From Bacillus subtilis subsp. subtilis str. 168 (GTDB lineage: Bacteria; Bacillota; Bacilli; Bacillales; Bacillaceae), in assembly GCF_000009045.1 (NCBI RefSeq), contig NC_000964.3, positions 124,001 to 188,000 on the forward strand: DNA of 64,000 nt. Direction: 5' to 3'. A program made the position numbers and the translations under genes. Each line of letters begins with the position of its first letter. Within the stretch, counting starts at the first letter, position 1. Positions 35,182-57,354 of this stretch are shown piece after piece. The notes below the pieces were generated by a model. It ran no database searches. It was not told the origin of the DNA and was given only the letters and a program-made list of their open reading frames with translations.

Positions 35182-35778
35182 ATGAAAAGCCGTGGTTTAG
35201 TTCGTTTTTTCTTTTCTATTTTAGCTGTCGGGGCGCTTATCACGAGTATTGTGGGTTTTGCTTTAAAGTGGGGAGAATATAGAGGGCTGTTTCTAACATT
35301 TGAAGCGGGACAGATTTTCTCTGTTTTATTTTGGTTTATCGGTGTAGGCATGATTTTCAGTGTGATCAGCCAAATGGGTTTTTTCGTGTTTTTAACAGTT
35401 CATCGGTTTGCGCTTGAGATATTAAGGTCCTCCTCTTTGTGGAATTTGCTGCAGTTGTTTTTCATCCTGTTTGTTGCTTTTGATTTAATGTACGTGCGTT
35501 TTTTATTTTTTGGAGAGAGCGGAGAATCGCTGGCTGGCTATGCGTGGTTACCGGTGTTTTTATTGATCTTTGGAGTGATTACAGCTTATATAAAGCAAAA
35601 GCAGTCCTCTAAGAAAACATTTGTGTCATCGTTATTTTTGATGGTTGTGATTACCGCATTAGAATGGTTCCCTGCATTAAGAGTAAATGATGAGGACTGG
35701 CTTTATTTAATGCTTTTTCCGTTAATGGCATGTAATGCCTTCCAATTGCTGATGCTGCCGAAGTTTGCAGCAAAGTAA
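35182..35778 (+). CDS. kbaA: KinB signalling pathway activation protein (membrane)
   Basis: Multi-TM, about 198 aa; start chosen at ATG 35182 (ATG 35170 possible). Confidence 0.88.
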   Translation: MKSRGLVRFFFSILAVGALITSIVGFALKWGEYRGLFLTFEAGQIFSVLFWFIGVGMIFSVISQMGFFVFLTVHRFALEILRSSSLWNLLQLFFILFVAFDLMYVRFLFFGESGESLAGYAWLPVFLLIFGVITAYIKQKQSSKKTFVSSLFLMVVITALEWFPALRVNDEDWLYLMLFPLMACNAFQLLMLPKFAAK

Positions 35779-36543
35779 TTACTTTACCTCTGCGGATTTG
35801 GCATCAGAATTTGCGATGAGATCACCCACGGTTACATTTTTTAATCCTTTTTCTTTCAGCTGATGGATGATATCAGGCAATGCTTCTTCTGTTTGTTTTG
35901 CAGAATCGGAGGCATGTAAAAGAATAATGTCTCCACCGGAAACTTGCTTGGTCACATTGTCGATGATTTTTTCAACTCCGGGATTTGTCCAGTCTTGAGA
36001 GTTCACACTGTAATGAACGACTGTATAATTGTATTGCTTTGCGACCTTTAGAACATTCTTATTGAATTGGCCGGTAGGGGGTCTTAATAGCTGTATGTCT
36101 TTGACCCCTAACTTTTCAAAGGCTGTTTGCGCACGGTTCATGTCCTTTTTTATTTCGCTGCTCTCTAAATTGGCATAGTTTTTATAAGCGTAGCCCATGC
36201 TCCCGATTTGATGGCCGTCCTTTACGATACGGGCCACTGTGTCGGGATGGCGTTCTGCCCAAGAAGCGGACAGGAAAAACGTTGCGTTTTTAATCCCGTT
36301 TGCTTTCAGAGTATTAAGTATCGGTTCTGCTCTCTCATCACCCCAGCTGATATCGAAAGTAAGTGAAATATCTTTAGAGTCTGTTTCTCCTTTATAAATG
36401 GCTTTAGGTCCGGTGTCAGTTGAAAACACGGGAAGCGGGACAGCTCTTTGGATATAAAAAAAGCTGGCAGCTGCAAATGCGGCGATAAGTATAATAATTA
36501 ATTGTTTTACCCGTTTAATGTGCCACACATAGAAGTGATTCAC
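35779..36543 (-). CDS. pdaB: Polysaccharide deacetylase family sporulation protein (ybaN)
   Basis: GTG start; NodB-type motifs TFD, RPPTG, SQDW, ILLH. Confidence 0.93.
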
Positions 36544-36583
36544 TGATGATGCCTCCTTATCTTGTCCATCATTCTTGTTTTAC

Positions 36584-36612
36584 ATCTTATGAGCATGGAC
36601 AATTGAATATAA
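36584..36612 (-). promoter_or_regulatory. SigE promoter of pdaB
   Basis: Minus strand TTATATT, 14 nt, CATAAGAT. Confidence 0.8.
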
Positions 36613-36651
36613 CCGATAAAATGTCTCTTCACATACAGCCTAAATTGGGTG

Positions 36652-36681
36652 TTGACCTTTTGATAATATCCGTGATATATT
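36652..36681 (+). promoter_or_regulatory. rrnI P1 promoter
   Basis: TTGACC, 18 nt, TATATT with TGn extension. Confidence 0.75.
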
Positions 36682-36747
36682 ATTATTCGTCGCTGATAAA
36701 CAGCTGACATCAACTAAAAGCTTCATTAAATACTTTGAAAAAAGTTG

Positions 36748-36776
36748 TTGACTTAAAAGAAGCTAAATGTTATAGT
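36748..36776 (+). promoter_or_regulatory. rrnI P2 promoter
   Basis: TTGACT, 17 nt, TATAGT with TGn; upstream A-tract. Confidence 0.85.
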
Positions 36777-36806
36777 AATAAAGCTGCTTCGTTAAGCGGC
36801 AGTAAT

Positions 36807-36829
36807 GATCTTTGAAAACTAAACAAGAC
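36807..36829 (+). other. 5' arm of the 16S processing stalk
   Basis: AAAACTAAACAAGAC is the exact reverse complement of spacer GTCTTGTTTAGTTTT (38498-38512); repeated in all three operons. Confidence 0.85.
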
Positions 36830-36892
36830 AAAACGTACCTGTTAATTCATTTTTATAAATCGCACAGCGATGTGCGTAGTCAGTCAAACTAC

Positions 36893-38452
<1,560 letters not shown>

Positions 38453-38535
38453 TATACGGAATATAAGACCTTGGGTCTTATAAACAGAACGTTCCCTGTC
38501 TTGTTTAGTTTTGAAGGATCATTCCTTCGAAACGT

Positions 38536-38558
38536 GTTCTTTGAAAACTAGATAACAG
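38536..38558 (+). other. 5' arm of the 23S processing stalk
   Basis: AAAACTAGATAACAG pairs with CTGTTATCTAGTTTT at 41556-41570. Confidence 0.85.
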
Positions 38559-38609
38559 TAGACATCACATTCAAGTAATACAAGATATCACATAGTGATT
38601 CTTTTTAAC

Positions 38610-41535
<2,926 letters not shown>

Positions 41536-41590
41536 ATTTTTGAATGATGTCACATCTGTTATCTAGTTTTGAGAGAACACTCTCAATTTG

Positions 41591-41706
41591 TTTGGTGGCG
41601 ATAGCGAAGAGGTCACACCCGTTCCCATACCGAACACGGAAGTTAAGCTCTTCAGCGCCGATGGTAGTCGGGGGTTTCCCCCTGTGAGAGTAGGACGCCG
41701 CCAAGC
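41591..41706 (+). rRNA. rrnI-5S: 5S rRNA, operon 1
   Basis: TTTGGTGGCGATAGC...GCCGCCAAGC. Confidence 0.99.
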
Positions 41707-41753
41707 AGATTTATTAATTCTACCATGTTTGTTTATGAAGCTTTATATCTCAT

Positions 41754-41825
41754 TCCGCAGTAGCTCAGTGGTAGAGCTATCGGCTGTTAACCGATCGGTC
41801 GTAGGTTCGAATCCTACCTGCGGAG
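41754..41825 (+). tRNA. trnI-Asn: tRNA-Asn(GTT), no encoded CCA
   Basis: Cloverleaf; anticodon arm ATCGG-CTGTTAA-CCGAT. Confidence 0.97.
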
Positions 41826-41829
41826 CATT

Positions 41830-41902
41830 GCTTCCATAGCTCAGCAGGTAGAGCACTTCCATGGTAAGGAAGAGGTCAGCGGTTCGAGCCCGCTTGGAAG
41901 CT
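41830..41902 (+). tRNA. trnI-Thr: tRNA-Thr(GGT), no encoded CCA
   Basis: Anticodon arm CTTCC-ATGGTAA-GGAAG. Confidence 0.97.
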
Positions 41903-41918
41903 TAAATGTATTATTACC

Positions 41919-41948
41919 AAGGTTTCTCATAAGGAGAAAGCTTTTTTT
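41919..41948 (+). terminator. Terminator-like hairpin inside the tRNA cluster
   Basis: TTTCTC-ATAAG-GAGAAA followed by GC and T7. Confidence 0.55.
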
Positions 41949-41958
41949 ATTGCGATAT

Positions 41959-42033
41959 GCGGAAGTAGTTCAGTGGTAGAACACCACCTTGCCAAGGTGG
42001 GGGTCGCGGGTTCGAATCCCGTCTTCCGCTCCA
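41959..42033 (+). tRNA. trnI-Gly: tRNA-Gly(GCC)
   Basis: CCACC-TTGCCAA-GGTGG; CCA end. Confidence 0.98.
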
Positions 42034-42063
42034 TTTACCTAACGGGATATTGTAAATTGAATT

Positions 42064-42140
42064 GCGCCCGTAGCTCAATTGGATAGAGCGTTTGACTACG
42101 GATCAAAAGGTTAGGGGTTCGACTCCTCTCGGGCGCGCCA
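42064..42140 (+). tRNA. trnI-Arg: tRNA-Arg(ACG)
   Basis: TTTGA-CTACGGA-TCAAA; CCA end. Confidence 0.98.
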
Positions 42141-42167
42141 TATCTTTTAATAGAATAGATAGGAAAT

Positions 42168-42244
42168 CGGGAAGTAGCTCAGCTTGGTAGAGCACATGGT
42201 TTGGGACCATGGGGTCGCAGGTTCGAATCCTGTCTTCCCGACCA
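42168..42244 (+). tRNA. trnI-Pro: tRNA-Pro(TGG)
   Basis: CATGG-TTTGGGA-CCATG; CCA end. Confidence 0.98.
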
Positions 42245-42252
42245 TTTTTTAT

Positions 42253-42328
42253 GGGGCCTTAGCTCAGCTGGGAGAGCGCCTGCTTTGCACGCAGGAGGTC
42301 AGCGGTTCGATCCCGCTAGGCTCCACCA
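42253..42328 (+). tRNA. trnI-Ala: tRNA-Ala(TGC)
   Basis: CCTGC-TTTGCAC-GCAGG; CCA end. Confidence 0.98.
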
Positions 42329-42348
42329 AAAGTTTTTAAAAAAGGTTA

Positions 42349-42377
42349 TTGACTTTGAAGAAGTGACATTGTATACT
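42349..42377 (+). promoter_or_regulatory. Single SigA promoter of rrnH
   Basis: TTGACT, 17 nt, TATACT. Confidence 0.85.
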
Positions 42378-42499
42378 AATAAAGTTGCTTTAACAAAGCG
42401 GACAAACAAAATGATCTTTGAAAACTAAACAAGACAAAACGTACCTGTTAATTCAGTTTTTAAAAATCGCACAGCGATGTGCGTAGTCAGTCAAACTAC

Positions 42500-44060
<1,561 letters not shown>

Positions 44061-44217
44061 TATACGGAATATAAGACCTTGGGTCTTATAAACAGAACGT
44101 TCCCTGTCTTGTTTAGTTTTGAAGGATCATTCCTTCGAAACGTGTTCTTTGAAAACTAGATAACAGTAGACATCACATTCAAGTAATACAAGATATCACA
44201 TAGTGATTCTTTTTAAC

Positions 44218-47141
<2,924 letters not shown>

Positions 47142-47196
47142 ATTTTTGAATGATGTCACACCTGTTATCTAGTTTTGAGAGAACACTCTCAATTTG

Positions 47197-47312
47197 TTTG
47201 GTGGCGATAGCGAAGAGGTCACACCCGTTCCCATACCGAACACGGAAGTTAAGCTCTTCAGCGCCGATGGTAGTCGGGGGTTTCCCCCTGTGAGAGTAGG
47301 ACGCCGCCAAGC
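47197..47312 (+). rRNA. rrnH-5S: 5S rRNA, operon 2
   Basis: Same sequence as the first 5S. Confidence 0.99.
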
Positions 47313-47336
47313 AATTGCACATTAGTGTAATTTTTT
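47313..47336 (+). terminator. Weak terminator-like hairpin after rrnH 5S
   Basis: AATTGCAC-ATTA-GTGTAATT then TTTT; AT-rich with one G-T pair. Confidence 0.4.
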
Positions 47337-47346
47337 AAAAAAGTTA

Positions 47347-47375
47347 TTGACTTTGAAGAAGTGACATTGTATACT
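47347..47375 (+). promoter_or_regulatory. Single SigA promoter of rrnG, identical to rrnH
   Basis: TTGACT, 17 nt, TATACT. Confidence 0.85.
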
Positions 47376-47497
47376 AATAAAGTTGCTTTAACAAAGCGGA
47401 CAAACAAAATGATCTTTGAAAACTAAACAAGACAAAACGTACCTGTTAATTCAGTTTTTAAAAATCGCACAGCGATGTGCGTAGTCAGTCAAACTAC

Positions 47498-49056
<1,559 letters not shown>

Positions 49057-49213
49057 TATACGGAATATAAGACCTTGGGTCTTATAAACAGAACGTTCCC
49101 TGTCTTGTTTAGTTTTGAAGGATCATTCCTTCGAAACGTGTTCTTTGAAAACTAGATAACAGTAGACATCACATTCAAGTAATACAAGATATCACATAGT
49201 GATTCTTTTTAAC

Positions 49214-52141
<2,928 letters not shown>

Positions 52142-52196
52142 ATTTTTGAATGATGTCACACCTGTTATCTAGTTTTGAGAGAACACTCTCAATTTG

Positions 52197-52312
52197 TTTG
52201 GTGGCGATAGCGAAGAGGTCACACCCGTTCCCATACCGAACACGGAAGTTAAGCTCTTCAGCGCCGATGGTAGTCGGGGGTTTCCCCCTGTGAGAGTAGG
52301 ACGCCGCCAAGC
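52197..52312 (+). rRNA. rrnG-5S: 5S rRNA, operon 3
   Basis: Same 5S sequence. Confidence 0.99.
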
Positions 52313-52318
52313 AAGCTT

Positions 52319-52350
52319 AAACCCAGCTCATTGAGCTGGGTTTTTTGTTT
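52319..52350 (+). terminator. Strong terminator ending the rRNA cluster
   Basis: AAACCCAGCTC-ATT-GAGCTGGGTTT followed by TTTGTTTT. Confidence 0.93.
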
Positions 52351-52404
52351 TATATCTGTGCCGATTTGCTTTCGTCAGTATCCATTTTATCAAGCTTCTG
52401 CTTT

Positions 52405-52820
52405 TTAAAGTTTTCTAATACTTTTGAATTCCAATACAATCCCTAGCATGATCAACATGAGAGTCATAAATAATCAAAATGCAGTTTGTACGGGAGACTC
52501 ATCCAGACTCCATCCGACTGCGATTGGCAGGATAGAGCCGCCAATCCATTGGCAGCGAACAGCATGCTTGTCGTTTGTTCTGTTTTTCCATGATAAAATT
52601 GATTGGTGACAATAAAATAATGGCGAACATGCCGGCCATAAATAAGTCCTAAGAAAAAACTAAGAATAATCCCTGCAAAAGCTGTTTTATTGATTGCCAA
52701 AATACAGAGTTAAATGAGGCCGCTCATATTTATCAGCCTGAGATAATGATGATAGGTTATTTTTTCGGAAACCAGCTCGGGTTGCCAAATGAGAGAAAAG
52801 ATATTACTGTCATTAAAACG
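52405..52820 (-). pseudogene. Frameshifted relic of an MFS transporter C-terminal half (FucP/GlcP/TsgA-like)
   Basis: Joining three frames gives ...SFFLG-LFMAGMFAIIL-IVTNQFYHGKTEQTTSMLFAANG-IGGSILPIAVGWSLDESPVQTAF*LFMTLMLIMLGIVL, a TM10-TM12 MFS-like pattern. Family assignment is from recall only. Confidence 0.6.
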
Positions 52821-53082
52821 ATTCTTGGTTTCATCCGGATATGATAAAATGTCTCAGACTATATTTGAGCCATTTTTTTCTTCAGCAATCATCTTGCGTA
52901 ATTGATAAAAATTTATTATGATACTCTTTGTATGACAACTCCTTGCCTCAATACAATATACTCAACGTTTCCCCGTTTTCTCCGGTCGTTTTTCTTTTCA
53001 TTTTCTCCCGTAAAATAAAAAAAGCTCCCAATACAATAGATATGGTGCGGATTTATTTTTTACTAAAAAGGAGTCGTTATAT

Positions 53083-54519
53083 TTGAATAATAGTTTTACA
53101 TTAAAACAGCAATGGTTCGGGAATATCCGAAAAGACATTCTTGCTGGCATTTTAGTTGCGTTAGCGTTAATACCTGAAGCGATTGGCTTTTCTATTATAG
53201 CCGGTGTGGATCCGATGGTCGGTCTTTATGCGTCATTTTGCATAGCCATTATTATTTCTATTTTTGGTGGCAGACCTGGCATGATTTCAGCTGCGACAGG
53301 CTCAATGGCAGTCGTTATGGTGTCGCTGGTTGCTGATCATGGGCTTCAGTATTTATTTGCGGCTACGATTTTGACAGGCATTATTCAGGTGATTTTAGGT
53401 ATCAGTAAAATTGCAAGATTAATGAAATTCATCCCGCGTTCTGTGATGATCGGGTTTGTGAATGCGCTGGCGATCCTTATCTTCTCTGCGCAGCTTCCCC
53501 AGTTTGAAGGTGCTTCTTGGAGCATGTATGCGATGCTTGCCGGGTCGTTGGTTATTATTTATGTGCTGCCAAGGTTTACGACTGCTGTTCCGTCTCCGCT
53601 TGTGGCGATTATTGTGATGACAATTATTGCGGTCACTTTCCATGTGGATGTGCGGACGGTTGGTGATATGGGCAATATTTCTAGTTCATTGCCTCATTTC
53701 TTAATCCCTGATGTTCCGTTTACCTTTGAAACACTGCAAATTATTTTTCCTTATTCAATTGCTTTAGCGTTTGTCGGGTTGCTTGAATCTTTGCTGACAG
53801 CACAGATTATTGATGAAATGACGGATACGGATAGTGATAAAAATAAAGAGAGCCGCGGACAGGGAATTGCGAATATCGTGACTGGATTCTTTGGCGGAAT
53901 GGCAGGCTGCGCTATGATCGGACAATCTGTCATTAATACAAAAGCGGGCGGTCGCGGACGTTTGTCAGCATTTGTTGCCGGTGCTTTTCTGATGTTTTTA
54001 ATTGCGGTGTTAAGTCATGTCGTGGTGAAAATCCCAATGGCGGCGTTAGTAGCTGTAATGGTTATGGTGTCTGTCGGCACTTTTGATTGGTCTTCTTTAA
54101 AAGGTCTCAAAAAAGCGCCGCTCACGGACTCGATTGTCATGGTTGTGACTGTGGTTACGGTTGTTGTGACGGATGACTTATCTAAGGGTGTATTTGTCGG
54201 TGTTCTTTTAAGTGCCGTGTTCTTTGTAGCAAAAATCTCGAAGCTGAAAATCGTTTCTCATGCAGAGGATCAAAAGCTTAGAACGTATCAAGTGAAGGGG
54301 CAAATCTTTTTTGCGTCAGTGACTGATCTTACGAATGCGTTTATATATCAAGAGGATATTGAGCGGGTTGTGATTGACTTAACTGAAGCTCACGTATGGG
54401 ACGATTCTGGTGCGGCCGCACTTGATAAGATTGTTGCGAAGTTTAAGGAACAAGGCATTGAAGCTGAGTTAAAAGGTTTGAATAAAGCGAGTAAATCTCT
54501 AATGAAACAGATGGCATAA
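53083..54519 (+). CDS. ybaR: SulP/SLC26-family anion permease with C-terminal STAS domain
   Basis: TTG start after AAAGGAG; PEAIGF...[18 protein letters not shown]; [19 protein letters not shown]. Confidence 0.93.
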   Translation: MNNSFTLKQQWFGNIRKDILAGILVALALIPEAIGFSIIAGVDPMVGLYASFCIAIIISIFGGRPGMISAATGSMAVVMVSLVADHGLQYLFAATILTGIIQVILGISKIARLMKFIPRSVMIGFVNALAILIFSAQLPQFEGASWSMYAMLAGSLVIIYVLPRFTTAVPSPLVAIIVMTIIAVTFHVDVRTVGDMGNISSSLPHFLIPDVPFTFETLQIIFPYSIALAFVGLLESLLTAQIIDEMTDTDSDKNKESRGQGIANIVTGFFGGMAGCAMIGQSVINTKAGGRGRLSAFVAGAFLMFLIAVLSHVVVKIPMAALVAVMVMVSVGTFDWSSLKGLKKAPLTDSIVMVVTVVTVVVTDDLSKGVFVGVLLSAVFFVAKISKLKIVSHAEDQKLRTYQVKGQIFFASVTDLTNAFIYQEDIERVVIDLTEAHVWDDSGAAALDKIVAKFKEQGIEAELKGLNKASKSLMKQMA

Positions 54520-54526
54520 AATAGAG

Positions 54527-54557
54527 AAGCCCAGATGAATGAGATCTGGGCTTTTTT
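54527..54557 (+). terminator. Terminator after ybaR
   Basis: AAGCCCAGAT-7nt-ATCTGGGCTT followed by TTTT. Confidence 0.88.
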
Positions 54558-54625
54558 ATATAACATACACTTAAGCAGCATTGATATAATAGAGAGAAGA
54601 GAAATTTTAAATAGGGGACTTGCAT

Positions 54626-55585
54626 ATGATGCTTCAGAAGCTGAACCGTGTATTGGGGAGAGTGATGCCGCTGTTAACGCCGACTAGTGTGGTGCTGGGC
54701 GTGCTGCTGTCTCAGTTTTTAAATGGGTATGAATGGGCTGTGCCTTGGATCTTTGCTTTTATTACGTTTGCAGGCAGTTTGAGCGCGAACTTTCAATCTT
54801 TGAGACATGCATTGTCTCATCCTCTCCCTATGATTCTTGCACTATTCGTTCTTCATATTTTCATGCCGCTTTTTGCTTGGGGCAGCGGCCATCTTATATT
54901 TAAAGGTGATCCTTTGACGATTACCGGTTTAACATTGGCTGTTGTGATTCCTACGGGGATTACAAGCTTGATTTGGGCAGCGATGTACAAAGGGAATGTC
55001 GGTTTGACACTTTCGATTATTTTAGTTGATACTGTGCTGTCACCGCTAATCGTACCGCTGAGTCTTTCATTGCTGGCCGGCGCTCAGGTTCACATGGATG
55101 TGTGGGGAATGATGAAAGGTCTGATTGTAATGGTCGTGATTCCTTCTTTTTTGGGCATGCTGTTTAATCAGATGTCATCTCCAGAAAGAACTGCGTTTGT
55201 GAGCAGTGCGCTGTCGCCTTTTTCAAAGCTTTGCTTGATGGCAGTGATTGCGATTAACAGTTCAGCGATTGCTCCTTATTTCAAATCCATTGATTTGAGA
55301 TTTGCAGGAATAGCTGTAACGGTATTCTTTATCGCGTTAACAGGTTATGCCGCTGCTTGGCTGATCGGAAAAATGATGAAAAGGCGGCAAGAGGAAATAG
55401 TCTCTCTTATATTTACGGGAGGCATGAGGAATATTAGTGCCGGCGCAGTTCTTGCCGTTACGTTCTTCCCGTCTCAGGTTGCCGTTCCTGTTGTGATCGG
55501 CATGCTGTTTCAGCAGATATTGGCTGCTTTGTTTGGCTATATGCTGAATCGTTTTGAATTAAAACCAATGTTGCAGAAGGCATAA
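54626..55585 (+). CDS. ybaS: Bile acid:sodium symporter (BASS/SBF) family transporter
   Basis: PTGITS...KGNVGL, GMRNISAG; start uncertain (54626 or 54665). Confidence 0.9.
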   Translation: MMLQKLNRVLGRVMPLLTPTSVVLGVLLSQFLNGYEWAVPWIFAFITFAGSLSANFQSLRHALSHPLPMILALFVLHIFMPLFAWGSGHLIFKGDPLTITGLTLAVVIPTGITSLIWAAMYKGNVGLTLSIILVDTVLSPLIVPLSLSLLAGAQVHMDVWGMMKGLIVMVVIPSFLGMLFNQMSSPERTAFVSSALSPFSKLCLMAVIAINSSAIAPYFKSIDLRFAGIAVTVFFIALTGYAAAWLIGKMMKRRQEEIVSLIFTGGMRNISAGAVLAVTFFPSQVAVPVVIGMLFQQILAALFGYMLNRFELKPMLQKA

Positions 55586-55616
55586 AAAAACCGCTCATAG
55601 GGTTGAGCGGTTTTTT
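55584..55616. terminator. Bidirectional terminator ybaS/ybbA
   Basis: AAAAAACCGCTCA-TAGGGT-TGAGCGGTTTTTT. Confidence 0.9.
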
Positions 55617-56347
55617 CCGTATAGCCATTCGAGCGCGTTGATGAACTGTTTGCAGAAATACTTGTGGTGGTGCACCGCTCCTTTTTCAATTGAAAGACAC
55701 AACTGGTCTTCAGTGAAGCCTTTTTCTTTTAGACTTTGATGAACTTGCTTTGTTTTTTTCAGCATATGTCGCTGAATGGATTGTTTTTCACGGCCTTCTT
55801 CACTCCCGATAGACATGAAAACACGTGCAGTGCCGGGCTTTAAAGAAGATATATGAATGGTTTCCGCTGCGTTCTCGTACCAGTATGAACCTGATATAGA
55901 GCCTATTTTCCCGAACATTGACGGATATTTTAATATGGCGAACATTGAGATGAGGCCGCCTAATGAGGCACCGATCATTCCTCTTGACTGCGGTTCCCTG
56001 GTGACGTTCCAGTTTTCTTCGATTAGCGGAATGAACTGGTTCGTTATATCAGACAGATAGTGATATCCCATTCCGCCGAAGTCCGTGAACCGATCACTGA
56101 GTGATGCAGCCGGCCATGGGGTGTATTCATCAAGCCGGTTTTCGGGTTCGATACCGATCAGCACGAGTTCAGGGAGCCTTTGCTGTTGAAAGGCGCTTTC
56201 TAGTAATTCGATTTGGTTTTGGAACAAAGAACTGCCATCCTGCACGTAAACAGCAGGAAATCCCCCGCTGTCTGTGCTGTAGGAAGGAGGGAGGTACAGC
56301 GTGAACCTCCTGTTGCCGGCTTTGTGTTCTGAAAGAGATCCTTTCAA
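55595..56347 (-). CDS. ybbA: IroE/Fes-like putative siderophore esterase
   Basis: YLPPSY, VYVQDG, GASLGG nucleophile, SISGSYW, C-terminal His; TTG start overlaps the feuC stop. Confidence 0.88.
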   Translation of the reverse strand: MKGSLSEHKAGNRRFTLYLPPSYSTDSGGFPAVYVQDGSSLFQNQIELLESAFQQQRLPELVLIGIEPENRLDEYTPWPAASLSDRFTDFGGMGYHYLSDITNQFIPLIEENWNVTREPQSRGMIGASLGGLISMFAILKYPSMFGKIGSISGSYWYENAAETIHISSLKPGTARVFMSIGSEEGREKQSIQRHMLKKTKQVHQSLKEKGFTEDQLCLSIEKGAVHHHKYFCKQFINALEWLYGKNRSTL

Positions 56348-57354
56348 GCATTCTCCCCCTTTTTTTGCTTGAAAAGCAGATATAAGAAATAAGGAACTCC
56401 GAGGATCGCCAAAATGATGCCTGCGGGCACTTCTGCGGGCTGAAAAAACAGTTTTCCGGCAAAGTCTGCGCTTATCACAAGAAGCATCCCGATTAAACCG
56501 CTCAGTGGCAGGATATAGCGATGTTCGACGCCAGCCAGTCTCCGTGAGATATGGGGAGCAATTAAGCCGACAAACGCCATACTTCCCGCTACGGAGACAC
56601 AGGCGCTGATGATTGCTACACAGGCAACGAGAAGGATGGTTTTTTCTTTATTTGATGAAATACCGAGGCTTCTGACTGTGTCTTCATCAAAACGAATGGT
56701 GTCGAGCAGGCGGGATTTGCCGATAAGAATCGGTATAAACAGCAGCATCCATGGGAGTACAGCTGTAATATACGTCCAGTTGGCAGACCAGATGCTTCCG
56801 TTTTTCCACACCATGGCCATTTGATAGTCTTGCGGGTCCATTTTTAAAGATAAAAACAAAGACAGGGCGCTGAATCCTGAATTGATCGCAATCCCTACCA
56901 AAATAATTCTTCCTGAATCTAAATTGCCTCTGTGCCATGCAAATATGTAAATCAGGATCGCCGCGATGAGCCCGCCTATCAATCCAAAGAGCGGCATTCC
57001 CATCGCTGCAGCTATGGATGTCACTTCCTTCTGGCCTTGGAATAAGAGCATAAACGCTACAATGCCAGCTCCTGCCCCTGCGTTGATTCCGAGAATTCCA
57101 GGGTCAGCAAGCCCGTTTCTCGTGATGGCCTGGATAACAGCGCCTGCAATGCCAAGACCGAGTCCAATAATAGCAGCCATGACAACCCGCGGCAGTCTTA
57201 AATCGAACAGCAAAATTTCATACTGCGGATTCGGGTCGATTTGAAAAAGAGTGGAGAGCAGCTCAGCAGGACGAACAGAAAATGATCCGCTCGTTAAGCT
57301 GAAATAGCTGACAACAAGAATCAAAGCGATGAACAATGCATATTTTTTAGCCAT
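56344..57354 (-). CDS. feuC: Catecholate-siderophore ABC permease
   Basis: FecCD: RLPR, RNGLADPGILG, FVGLIAPH. Confidence 0.95.
   Translation of the reverse strand: MAKKYALFIALILVVSYFSLTSGSFSVRPAELLSTLFQIDPNPQYEILLFDLRLPRVVMAAIIGLGLGIAGAVIQAITRNGLADPGILGINAGAGAGIVAFMLLFQGQKEVTSIAAAMGMPLFGLIGGLIAAILIYIFAWHRGNLDSGRIILVGIAINSGFSALSLFLSLKMDPQDYQMAMVWKNGSIWSANWTYITAVLPWMLLFIPILIGKSRLLDTIRFDEDTVRSLGISSNKEKTILLVACVAIISACVSVAGSMAFVGLIAPHISRRLAGVEHRYILPLSGLIGMLLVISADFAGKLFFQPAEVPAGIILAILGVPYFLYLLFKQKKGENA

Noticed and set aside
52464-52700. 78-aa ORF as an independent small membrane protein
   Set aside because: No SD; better explained as a fragment of the frameshifted MFS relic.
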